In this document: piece by piece, positions 10,347 through 21,360 of the stretch | Layout of the letters: every line of letters starts with the position of its first letter | How positions within the stretch are numbered: position 1 is the stretch's first letter | Source of the DNA: Salisapilia sapeloensis CBS 127946 | Taxonomy: Eukaryota; Protista; Oomycota | Reading direction: 5' to 3' | DNA: 64,000 nucleotides | Assembly (NCBI GenBank): GCA_023334545.1 | Contig: JAADVB010000005.1 | Span: 1 to 64,000 of the forward strand | Notes under the pieces: generated by a model | Databases searched by the model: none | What the model was told of the DNA's origin: nothing | Seen by the model: only the letters and a program-made list of their open reading frames with translations | Program-made: the position numbers and the translations under genes

Positions 10347-10963
10347 CACGTCCACGAATTTCACCTTTGTGTCCAATTGACTTGAACTTTGTATACTAAG
10401 CGCATGACCGGTTGGTCCGATGAACTAGCTGTACAAGTTGATACAATTTTACAGCTGCGCTGTGGACAGAGGAGACACGCTTCGTGACACTTTAAGTCGA
10501 GAGTTCTAGAACCGCGTACACGTGTAGACGATATCTTCAGTACTTGTGTAGCACTAGCGGATATGTTTCCTGTATCGATATGTATAGCGTTTGAATAGTA
10601 GATTCTTGCCGAGAAAATGACCGTAAATTTATGATACGATTCGGAGAATGGCTACAGAGGCTGACGGGAGGTAGACGAAAGATATACTTGGATCACCGGT
10701 AGATCCAAAGTACCACCGCACTGATTTAACCATGACGACTGGAACAAGAGCTACACAAACGAAACGAGTACTGAGAAGAGCAAAGAGCTGATCTTTTTCC
10801 TTGAAAGCTCCGGAACGGAGTGACCTACAAATGAAGGTAAAAAGTCTTAAAAATGCAGCTACATGTCCGTGCTCGCGCGTCCCACACGTTATTATATCCG
10901 AGCGGCGTGCAAGTGGCAAGCCACGACCCATCTAGCCAACATGCAAGAGGCTGTAACAACCTT

Positions 10964-11482
10964 TTACTCGGACTTTTCGTTGTGCGTCTCCTTGGCGGCA
11001 CTCACGGCGTCGCTCGCAGCACCCAAAGCCGTGTCGATGGCGCCGACGTGGGGCGCAATGTACGGCTTGACGACCTGCGCGTAAATGACACTGGCGCCAC
11101 GCGTCGCAGGGTGGTAGCACCAGATGAGGAATCCGAGCTTGAAAAAGTAGTAGAAGGGGATCCACGAGAGCAAAAAGTCGGTCAAGTCCTCGGTCATGTT
11201 GTAGAGCGAGAAGACGATCCAGTAGGTGAGCCACTGGGTATCATCTTCCTGGGAAGACGTCTGCATGGCCTTGAATGAGCGGTAGGCCGGGTACAAGAAT
11301 CCGACGAGGTTGGTGACGAGTTGCACTCCGCCAAAGACGAAGAGCAGGATACCGGCGAGGGCCGTGCCGGCGCAGAAGATGTAGAATTTATCGACACCGG
11401 TCTGTTCCTCGAGCTGCACGAGCTGCGGGTAGTGCTGCAACTTGGCTTCGACCTTGGCCTTGTACTCTTGCACCTTGTCCAT
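10964..11482 (-). CDS. YOP1: TB2/DP1/HVA22 family ER-shaping protein (REEP/YOP1)
   Basis: LVGFLYPAYRSFKA, DDTQWLTYWIVFS, WIPFYYFFKLGFLIWCYHP, GASVIY. ATG at 11482. Confidence 0.93.
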   Translation of the reverse strand: MDKVQEYKAKVEAKLQHYPQLVQLEEQTGVDKFYIFCAGTALAGILLFVFGGVQLVTNLVGFLYPAYRSFKAMQTSSQEDDTQWLTYWIVFSLYNMTEDLTDFLLSWIPFYYFFKLGFLIWCYHPATRGASVIYAQVVKPYIAPHVGAIDTALGAASDAVSAAKETHNEKSE

Positions 11483-11694
11483 TCTTATGAAAGATCTGTT
11501 TTCTTGGCTTGGAAGGAGGGAGAAAAACTTGGATTGTGAGCTCTTTCGAGCGTCCAAAAGGCTTGGAAACCGATCTTGTGACTTTTGGCCAATCAACTTT
11601 TTTTAGAACTTCTTTTCCACCAATCCGAGGCAAAAATAGAAAATACTTGTTGAAAGAGAAGGACGAAGAAAGCGTAATTTTTACTTGATGAGCC

Positions 11695-14593
11695 ATGACC
11701 GACGCGGCGGATCTACTGCCGTTCATGGAAGAAGAGGAGGCCAAGGAGGTCGGGCAGAATGATGCTGCAGTTGACCTGTCCTTCTCCCAGTTCCTAGATA
11801 TGCGGAGTATGTACCAACAGCAGCAGAGACAGCATCAGGAGAGACACTTTAGTGCCCCTTCAAGTGGCCTCCCGTCGGTTGACGAGAGCGCCGAGACGGT
11901 GGAAGGGATACCTGTTGCAACGGGAAGATCTATCTCTATTAGTAGTGAAGAGGACGAGGACTGGACGAACGGAGGAGACGGGCAACTAGGCCAGGACGTC
12001 TATCGCTTTGTCCAACCTCGACGACTCTCTTCATGGGTGCAAGACGATGCAGTCAACGCATGCTTCCGTTGTCATACACCCTTCTCCCTTCTCGTCCGGA
12101 AGCACCATTGCAGGTATTTACTACATATATGATTATAAAGAAGTACGGAGTATATAACATTGGCATAGAGCATGTGGACGCATTTTCTGTGCTTCTTGCT
12201 CCAGCCAGCGCGTGGTCATTCCACTAGACTACGAGTCAACGCCCGTGTCACCACAGTATAACTCACTAACGACGAACGCATCCGACTTAATTGGTAACTT
12301 GGGATGGTACATTCTCTCCTACTCTCCGCCAACATCCGATGCCGGATCATCCTACCATCCAGTACCACCGACGCATATCCTCGACTCCAGCTCCAAGTCC
12401 CCAGCTGAAGATCGTCAGCAATTTCTAAAGGAAGTCCAGAAGATGCAACGGACTGGTGCTCTCCAGAACTTTACTCCTTCATCGCAAGAAGCATCCAACC
12501 CGAAGAGTCCGCACATTCAAGAAGGCAGTGTCCTCCAACGCGTTTGTGATGATTGTGCATCGGCACTACAACAACGACGTCAGCATCATAACATTGTTCG
12601 TGTCTTTGAATTGTGTGAGTTTAACCTCCAAGAACTCCGGACGCTCGGTCTCGTCTGTCGCAAGTGGCATCGAGCCTCCATCATGTGTCTCTCCATGTTC
12701 CGACAGATCCAATACTACCTCCCATCGCACCAGCTTTCAACTCGAGAACGAGCTCAACTACTTATCAATCGTCAGTTCCTCCCTGGACATTCTAAGTGGA
12801 TCGTTCAGCTCGTTCGCGCCGTTGGTTTTCATGAAGAAGAGGAGAGTGATCTAGACCACTCATCAGTCTCGCTCCATCCGCCACTTCGGAATACACCGAG
12901 TCATTCGTCTCTCGCGAACGAAGTACTAGAATTGGTACAGCAGCCGCGACAGCACAAGTGTATGCTGACAATGTGCTCTCGACTCTGCGAGAGCGAACTA
13001 TCGCCTGTGGATGCACTAGAGCTCTTGGCAGACGATAACATTCGCAGTAGGAGATTACGTACCATGTGTGTAGATGCTTTGAAGAAGAAGGCGACGGAGC
13101 GAGAGTGGTGGAGCTACCTTCCTGTCCTATTGCATGCTCTCAGCTGTGAGATGAATGCATCGGGGAGTGAGCTAGGGAAAGCACTTCTTCGTCAAGCCCA
13201 GTGCGACGTTCGCTTCTGCTACGACCTTTACTGGGGTCTAACCGTCCGATCGGAAGATGCCTGCCATCGACGTCGCTTCGACGAGCTAAAGCAACGTCTT
13301 CTCTTGACCCTGGCGACGTCGTCTTCCTCAAAAGACCAAGGGGATTTACCTGAGCAATTACTCAAAGGACAACAGTTTGTCGATCTTATGCATCAAGTAC
13401 CGCACAACCTTCCTGTAGAAGACGTTCGAGAGATTCTCGAAAAGGAAGTGAAGAGTGGGAAGCTCTTGGATGAAGGAGCTCTGCGTCTACCTGTGGATCC
13501 GCTCGTTAAGACCAGGAGCATAGATTTTCAGAGTATTGAGATTAAACGTAGTGCCGAAGCGCCCATGGTCATCAAATGTCAGGACGTTGATAGGGAAGAG
13601 GATGGAGATGAAGAAGCACTAGACGCATCTGCTTCCCATCGGAATGAGTACCGGAAACTAGCAAGAGCCTTGCCATACTATCGTCTCATGTACAAACGAG
13701 ATGACTTGCGGAAAGATGCGATCGTCCAGAACATTATCAACGTCATGTACTTGATCCTAAAGCAAGAGACTAAGCTTGATATTCCTCTAGTTACCTATCG
13801 CGTCCTTCCGACCTCGAGCTTTGACGGGTTGATCGAGATAGTGGAGAACGCACATACCTTGTACTCGATCATTCGAGACCATGGCACGATCCTCAACTTT
13901 CTCCATCACTACAACGGCCATCGGACGTTGAGTGAGATCTCTGCATCCTTCCGAGAGAGCTTGGCAGCGTATACGGTCATCACGTTCCTCTTGGGTGTCG
14001 GAGACCGACATGCAGACAACGTTATGCTGACCAAGGACGGTATCCTCTTCCACATTGACTATGGCTTCATTTTAGGTAAAGACCCGAAGCCACTGCAGCC
14101 ACCCATGCGACTCGACCACTATATGATCGAAGCACTCGGAGGTGCCCAGACACCTCAGTTTGAACAATTTAAACAGCTCTGCGTCGCGGCGTTCAACTGT
14201 CTACGACGACATGTGAGTCTGTGCATGATCCTCTTGACGTTGGTAGTACGTGCGGCGCCGGAGATTACGGACTTTGGCGTGAACTACACACAAGCCGACT
14301 TGGAAGCGTTTGTCGTTGAACGTTTCTTGCCTGGACAGAGTGACGAGGAAGCAGCGACGGCGTTGATGCTGCGGATGGAAGGGAAGCTGAATGAAAAAAT
14401 TGGACTCAAGCTCAGTGACTTTGTCCATGCGCATGCGAACGAAAAGACGGTGTCGAAAGGAATGGTGAGTGTCGGGTCGTCGGTCAAGATTGGCGTTGAA
14501 GCCATGGAAGCGACGGTGTCGACTGTCGCGACGTCACTCACGAGTGGAGCGTCGACCTTTTACAAATACATGTGGGGCGCACCACCTAGGTAA
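11695..14593 (+). CDS. FYVE-domain phosphatidylinositol kinase (PI3K/PI4K catalytic domain, Vps34-like), 2 exons
   Basis: Intron 12114-12168 gives WVQDD..CFRC..F...RKHHCR|ACGRIFCASC, and RVCDDC lies downstream. The kinase domain has MYKRDDLRKD, LGVGDRHADN, HIDYGFILGKDPKP. Confidence 0.9.
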
Positions 14594-15654
14594 TTGGATG
14601 GGATGCATCGTGTAGCTGGCTTGTCGATAGTAGCAGAGTATAAGCTGCAACTTTTTATATTCATGTTTGTGCTTTGAGGTCTTCGTTGCGTTTCTTGGTC
14701 TTGCTGTCTACTATCTTAAAGGTGCAATCGTTCTTTTCATTGGACAGGTCCATGTTTAGTATGTGGTAACTTGGCTTTGGATGAGATGCTACTTGCCTAG
14801 ACAGTGGTTATCTAGTACCTTACAAGTCTTTCCATCTGGAGTTTGTAGCTGCTTTACGACAACTAAAGGTAATTGGATATGTGAGTATGGCTCATTTCCA
14901 TATAGGCAGTACAAAAGAGGCAAGCGTCTGTATCCTATGGACGGTGGACTGAGGTGGATATTTGAACTCGATCAGCATCAACAGCTCCGGCAGATGTCTG
15001 TCGGGAAGGCAAGATGAAGTTGAGACACTTTATGCTAGAAACACAACCATTACCTTCGCAGTTAAATGATCTGGATTTAATCTTTTATTGCCATCGTTTA
15101 ACGGTAGATGAGGATAGTAGGACTAAACAACGAAGACGCGGAGGCCCAGGAGCCACGATACATTTTGACCTCATTGATTACGGTGACTTCTGGACCTTTG
15201 GCTGCTTTAATGAAAATAAGAGACACAAATGCTGTCATCTAGACTTGTAACAGTACCATTGCACACATTTTCAGAGTAGCTAACGCGAATGATGCTAGTT
15301 GATGGAGTGCGTAAAGCAGTTTCCGACAAGTCAGCTAGACAAAGGGCCGTACTTTGCTTCTATAAACTCAGCTTTTAACCAAACTCAAAAGACTAAAAAT
15401 ATACCTTCTACTAACTTGTTAGAAATGATGGAAGTAGTATCACGATGCAGACATAAAGCTACTCGGCATCAATCAACTAACTTCTCCATCATCAATTCCA
15501 GGTGGCAGAAGCCTTTCGACTCCGAAAAGTTTGCGCCACACTTGACTTGAGTATGCTGCAGATGTTCCATCCATTTGACCTCTACCGTTTCAAGCACGCT
15601 ACATGTACGCGTGGTTTCGGACCGTGATCCAGGGTATTATACCACTAGATTCTT

Positions 15655-15669
15655 CCATTCTTCATTTAC
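15655..15669 (+). promoter_or_regulatory. Oomycete-type INR + FPR core promoter
   Basis: CCATTCT matches INR YCAYTYY and CATTTAC matches FPR MWTTTNC. It lies just upstream of the first in-frame ATG (15683) of the kinase. Confidence 0.5.
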
Positions 15670-15682
15670 ACGCGACGGTTCA

Positions 15683-16882
15683 ATGCCTTTCACACACTAC
15701 AAGACAATGACATCGCTTCTAGCACGGCACACGCTTCGAGGTAGACGGCTCTTTTGGATGCCCATTAACGACTATCCGAGCAGGCATAGCCACCGAAACA
15801 CGTCTTCACTCGCATGGTGTTATACGCGTGCATTCGTACCGGTGCTCCAGAAACCTTCTACATCACAAAGATCTTCGATAGCCTCTCTAGCTCTACTAGC
15901 CGCCGCGTGCGTTGGAATGCAAGCCACGGACCAACCGAACGCTGCACTATCTCAAAACACAACGTACGAATCCATGGATATGAACGATGTAACGGACATA
16001 TTTTCGCTCTATCTAGAGCCTTGCTTTGATGCCAACTTCTCTACCAACCACGTTCTCGCGTCCGGATCGTCCGGTATTGTTATCAGGTGCGTTCGACGGA
16101 AGGATAGTCGAGTCTTTGCTTCGAAAATGCTGCCCACGACAGAGAGCCTCTATTCAGATGGCCAATGCGCAGAGGAAATTGAAGCAGAGAGAGAAATCAA
16201 TGCACTGTATTCCATCCAACGAGCTGGTGGACATCCGAACATCGTGTCATTTGAAGGCAGCTACCGTCACGACACCTTCCGATGCATCGTCGAAGAATTA
16301 GTGGATGGAGAAACGCTTTTCGAACGACTACAATGCCAAGGACGACTGCAAGTCGAGCAGGCGATGGAGATTGCTGCTCAATTGACATCTGCGCTGGCTT
16401 TCTTGCAGAAGCAAAAGCTCGTCCATCGCGACCTCAAACCGGAGAATGTCATGGTTTCGACTAGAAAAGATAGTTTCCATGTCAAATTGATCGACTTTGG
16501 CTCTGCTGGTACCATCCCATCGGCGTCGCTAGTAGAGACAGGCACGACTGTATCAGGGACACGCAGCTATTCGGCTCCGGAAGTGCTTGCACGACAGGAA
16601 ATGTCGTATGCGATGGACATGTGGGCTCTCGGGTGCCTTTTGTATGTCATGATAGCAGGCCGGCATCCATTCGATCCACACGGGTGTGAAACGGAAGAGG
16701 AAGTGGAGCATCGCATTCAGTCGGACCCAGTCTGTTTCCTTCACCCAGTCTGGAAAGATGTTCCTGCTGACGTGAAGAACCTCCTTCGAGGTTTATTGCA
16801 GAAAAACCCAAACGAAAGAATGACTGTGGAGGAAGTACAAGAGAAAATAGCTTTGTACATGGAGAAACGACGAAATTTTTAA
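15683..16882 (+). CDS. Ser/Thr protein kinase, CAMK group, with an Arg-rich leader and a hydrophobic segment
   Basis: LASGSSGIV, FASK, HRDLKPEN, DFG, YSAPE, DMWALG. First ATG is at 15683 (track start is TTG). Confidence 0.9.
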   Translation: MPFTHYKTMTSLLARHTLRGRRLFWMPINDYPSRHSHRNTSSLAWCYTRAFVPVLQKPSTSQRSSIASLALLAAACVGMQATDQPNAALSQNTTYESMDMNDVTDIFSLYLEPCFDANFSTNHVLASGSSGIVIRCVRRKDSRVFASKMLPTTESLYSDGQCAEEIEAEREINALYSIQRAGGHPNIVSFEGSYRHDTFRCIVEELVDGETLFERLQCQGRLQVEQAMEIAAQLTSALAFLQKQKLVHRDLKPENVMVSTRKDSFHVKLIDFGSAGTIPSASLVETGTTVSGTRSYSAPEVLARQEMSYAMDMWALGCLLYVMIAGRHPFDPHGCETEEEVEHRIQSDPVCFLHPVWKDVPADVKNLLRGLLQKNPNERMTVEEVQEKIALYMEKRRNF

Positions 16883-17483
16883 TACCATTTATGCCTTAAG
16901 ACATTATATTCTTGTCCTGTTGTAAGGAACTTGTCAATTTAAAGCTTAGTGCGAAGTGGTAGGACTTTCACTAACTCATTCGTTATCTTTACACGACGAC
17001 GTCCAAGCTTCCGTGGCGAAAGATTGGATCTAGATGCCATATCGTGCCTCCATTGTAAGAGCAAGTAAACAGGGATAGATCCAGCTAAACCAAACACTTT
17101 CAACGAAATATTTATGTAGTTGTGGAGTACAGAGGTTCTAGGTAGATGAAAATCTACTATTGGAAACTTGGAAACGGTATTTATTTTCTGTCGTGGATGA
17201 AATAGAGGGAAATATAAGCTTACTACCGACCATTTTATCATGCATCCCACGAAAGGCATTTGCTGGAGACAAAATGATGATGCCCCTTCGCGCCAGGGAG
17301 CTAAGGAATGATACTTTATGTTCTTGAGTGTCATAACGAATATTGGAGGTAGGGCTGACTGATTTAACAGCATACATCAGCGCTGAATGCATGAGTATCA
17401 ATTGTTGATTACGTAGTTTCAGCTAACTTTGAACACATCTTCCACCTGCTTCTCTCCTGCTTTCCCATTTTGCAACTTTCCAC

Positions 17484-17861
17484 ATGGAAGACAAGGGCGA
17501 AGAACTCCTGACTTACAAAGGTCATTGTCATTGTGGTGCTGTTCAATTCGAGTTTGACGCACCCAAGGAGCTTATTGTCAAATGGTGCAACTGCACCCTT
17601 TGTGAGATGAAGGGGAGTCCGGAAGCGATTATTCCTGGCGATCGCTTTCGCCTCTTAGACGGAGAAGAAATACTTCGGGAGTATCGCTATCATACGAAGC
17701 AAGCCCAACACAAGTTTTGCGGTTATTGTGGCATCCATGCTTTTCACATTCGACGGAAAGATACCACAAGCTATGCTGTCTTGCGTCCTTGCATAGAGGT
17801 ACCAGTGGGTGGTAGTATCAAAGTATGTGGAGATGTATTCGATGGTAAAAGCTGGGAATGA
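17484..17861 (+). CDS. GFA / CENP-V (DUF636) family zinc protein, diverged paralogue
   Basis: YKGHCHCGAVQF, CNCTLC, HKFCGYCG Cys pattern. Confidence 0.88.
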   Translation: MEDKGEELLTYKGHCHCGAVQFEFDAPKELIVKWCNCTLCEMKGSPEAIIPGDRFRLLDGEEILREYRYHTKQAQHKFCGYCGIHAFHIRRKDTTSYAVLRPCIEVPVGGSIKVCGDVFDGKSWE

Positions 17862-18099
17862 AACAAATTGAGCTAAAATGACTTAGATTTTTACTTTGAG
17901 TCATTTTACGAAACTTGTCTGCTTTGATGACTACTTTTGGCTGAAAATTTAAAGGTAATAGTGCAATACGAAAGAGATTATAAATCATTTAACGCTATTC
18001 TTGTTGTATTCTGATGCACTCGGAGCTTGCTATATCATGGTACCTTGACAGTTAAGCTTAGATTTATCACGCACAAATTTCTAATTGAGGCAAGGATGG

Positions 18100-18750
18100 T
18101 AGCATCAGCAATTACCTCTTCAGAATAAAGCTTTTTACAGCTGACATCGCCCACTTGAAGTTCAATTTATCCGTTTTTAGCGAAAAGTGTCATGCATCTA
18201 TGTGACCAGAAGCTCGGTGTCGACTGTGATAGCTTTCCATATCATTTGCTGCATCGTGAACGATTCCAAACCTGTCCACATTTGTCATTGGCACTCCACT
18301 CTTCCATTTGCGTTAGGAAGTATTTAACTAGGGCTGCTATGTTATCGAGAACAGCAATTGCTTGGCTATGGTAGCTTTACCATTTTGCTGTGTTATATTG
18401 TATCCATCCTTTAAAGAAAGATTTGTAAACATTATTTCCCGAGCTCTGTAACTTATTCTTCCTGCAGGGATGCTTGTATTCATAGTCAGTAGCTTGTCGA
18501 TACTCTCTGAGCTGACTTGGATTTGTCTTTAGCTTCCACAGACGCAAGTATCCGGGAAACAGTATTTGCATAATTCTAATGATATTTTCACACAGAATAA
18601 CAGGATCGCGAAGCTACGAGAACAATATTTGCGAAGTCCCACTTGTTCCGTTCCGGGCATGTAACGCTCAGCAAGGTCAATATGTGGCGAGCAGCAATCT
18701 ACTTGAGCTTCTGAATGGAAAATTATGAAGCTAAACGAGATCATTTGCTG
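18100..18750 (-). pseudogene. Degenerate Mutator-like (MULE) transposase remnant; boundaries approximate
   Basis: Removing one extra A at about 18313 gives LVKYFL-RKWKSGVPMTNVDRFGIVHDAANDMESYHSR (18322-18220). This resembles the MULE C-terminal catalytic region (YF..W...(T)NN..ES(Y/F)H). A weaker upstream fragment reads DKLLTM..IPAGRI. Multiple stops and frameshifts. Confidence 0.5.
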
Positions 18751-18843
18751 AAGATAGTTTATTTATAGAAAGTTGTGGCAGATTGATTGCCCTATGACTG
18801 TTTACAGCACAAGGTACCACTTGAGCAGCGTTCGTGGAGTAAA

Positions 18844-20695
18844 ATGCCTCGCTTTCTTGCCCACATCCGTGAAACCTTTAGGATGTCGCAAAAGGCATAC
18901 CGTACAGTCCAGGTTTCACATCGATCGAACTATTCCATTGAGCGGGCATACAAGCTCAATCAATTTTGCAGGGAAACCAGCGTACTACGCGCTTTATGCA
19001 TAATTTTACTTGTCCCACTTCCAGCGTTGGCATATTCAACTCTTGTTGAACTATTGCCCCTGGACTCACCTATGGATGGATGGAGGCACAACTCAATTCT
19101 ATGGATTCGCTACTTCAGTATTATGATCCTCGTCGGGTCATCATTTACCTATCAGCTTTCTCCATTCCTCATCAACTTGAGCATTAGCAAGAAGAATGGC
19201 GCTATCCTCGCTTTTGCGCCGACCATGCTTACCTTTTCGATCAGCATATTAGTGGCCGATCGATGGATGTTCCCAGTTCCATTCATGATTGTCATTGGTT
19301 CTATTCCTTATATAATTTGCTACATATTTATCTTTATCAGTATCTTTGGCTGGAGGAGGCTTATGTCATCACAACAACAGCTCAGCATTCTACGCGGTCA
19401 AGCATTATTGCTTTTTTTACATAGCACAATTATCTTTGTATATGTTGCTTACAACGCTGCATTTCAAATCATGACGCCGACACAGCAAACCTTATTCATT
19501 TGCGTGCTTCCAGTCATCAAGGTGGTCATGAAGAATGCCTATGCGTGGGCCTTTAAGTCTAACCAAGATTCCATTCCAGAGGCAGCGACTTTCACGGTCG
19601 AAGTATGTTTATATTATGTGATATATAATGCGCTATAAGTAGATGTAATGACATTTTTCGTGGAACTAGGTTTTTAACGCTCTCTTCGTATCACTTTGCA
19701 TGCAAACTGCAGGTAGCATCTACACTGCTCTTGCAATTATAGCCATTGACATCTGCCAAGCGGCTTTGTCCATCATCAGTCTTAGCAATGACAGCAAGAC
19801 GCTACACGAATTAATTCGGAACAGCTATTCAGACGAATCGTCTGATGTCAAGTTGCTCTCGATTATTGTTGCGATGTTGGATACATCTGGAAGAAAGACG
19901 CAGTTAGTACAGCATGACCGCAAAAATCTTCCGCAATCTAAAGCAGGCGGCTTAATTGTACCTTTGAAGGATTCCATCGTGCCTCATGAATTTATAGTTC
20001 AAAAGTCATTCGTTAGAGAGAAAGAAAGCAAGTCCTTATTTAAAGGGTTTTGCAAAAGTCGGACGGCTCCTTTGGCAACTACAAAAAAAGTTAGGACAGC
20101 GACAAAGCCACCCTCGTCTAAGGAAAACGAAATTAGCAGTAATGCCGAAGCTTTAAAGGCTGACACTCATGAAGACTCCGTAATCCTCGAAGAAACCTTG
20201 AAATTGCTATATCGGAGCGAGTTCATTGTCCTCACTGAGTATGTTGAGATCATTCTTCCCATCGTATACATTTCGTATACCTCGATCCTTTTTCATCTTC
20301 CTAATGCTGTATATTACCCGCATACACGCACCTTAGATGAAACTAGACTTCAAGAAACAGTGATAAACATCCTCACGTATGCTTCGATGGAAGCGGCTTC
20401 CTTTGTCGCACTTCATTTCCTTTTAAAACGACGATTCGGGTTCTCACCAATGTACTTGCTGGCGTTTGTACTTGAATCGGAAAAGAAGCAGATCATCGGT
20501 CGATTAACAATGTTCATCTCGTACATGTTTCAGTTCACGCTCCTGCACTACGGTAAGCCCATTATTTTCTTCTAAAGTGCTATCGCTCGTAACGTTCCGC
20601 AACACTAACACTCTTGACTACCATTAGGCGTCGACTTTACGTTCAAGTTCGACTGGAATAAAATGATGGAGACTACAACTGATACATCCCCATAA
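18844..20695 (+). CDS. Oomycete-type multi-pass transmembrane hypothetical protein (3 exons)
   Basis: Introns 19603-19669 and 20553-20627 join the track ORFs in frame (..TVE|VFNALFVSLCMQ.. and ..LHYG|VDFTFKFDW..). Many hydrophobic helices. Family-like motifs QV..NYSIER, LLVPLP, LHLPNA.YYP, FSPMYLLAFVLE. Confidence 0.8.
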
Positions 20696-20952
20696 AAACA
20701 AATAAACTACATTCCGTGTCAACACGAGCTCACAAACGATCCATCATTGTCTGGGCGATGGTAATTTAGAGTGGTAGTGCAAATAAATACAAATTATAAA
20801 GAGTAATCTTTTAATAACTTATATATATTAAATAGGAAAGGTAGCCAATCAGAATATCCTGGCGTAGCTTTGTGAGTGATGGTCAGGTGGCATAGGCCTT
20901 GTTGATCACTATATCCATCTTGCACCACAAGCGCGACTCCCCTTCCAGCGCA

Positions 20953-21360
20953 ATGACGGACTTGCTCACGTACACTGGTCAATGCCACTGCGGTGCGGTC
21001 AAATTCGAGTTCGAGGGCCCTCGGCAGCTCCATGCTTACACTTGCAATTGCTCCATCTGCAACATGAAACGCAACACGCACGTGGTGGTGCCACAAAGCA
21101 GGTTCCACTTGCTCCAAGGTGCTGATTCATTAACAGAGTACACGTTCAACACGCACCAGGCCAAACATCGGTTCTGCAAAGTCTGTGGCGTCCAATCGTT
21201 CTACATCCCCCGAAGCAATCCGGATGGCTACGGTATCACTGCGTGGTGCATCGATTCTCACCCAGAAGGCAGCATCAAGTTCATGGAGGAAACATTCGAT
21301 GGCAAGAACTGGGAAGATGCTATTAAGACATCTAGCATCACGCAAGAGTCTAAAGTGTAG
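20953..21360 (+). CDS. GFA / CENP-V family zinc protein
   Basis: YTGQCHCGAVKFEF, CNCSIC, HRFCKVCGVQSFYIPRSNPDGY, FDGKNWE. ATG at 20953. Confidence 0.92.
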   Translation: MTDLLTYTGQCHCGAVKFEFEGPRQLHAYTCNCSICNMKRNTHVVVPQSRFHLLQGADSLTEYTFNTHQAKHRFCKVCGVQSFYIPRSNPDGYGITAWCIDSHPEGSIKFMEETFDGKNWEDAIKTSSITQESKV

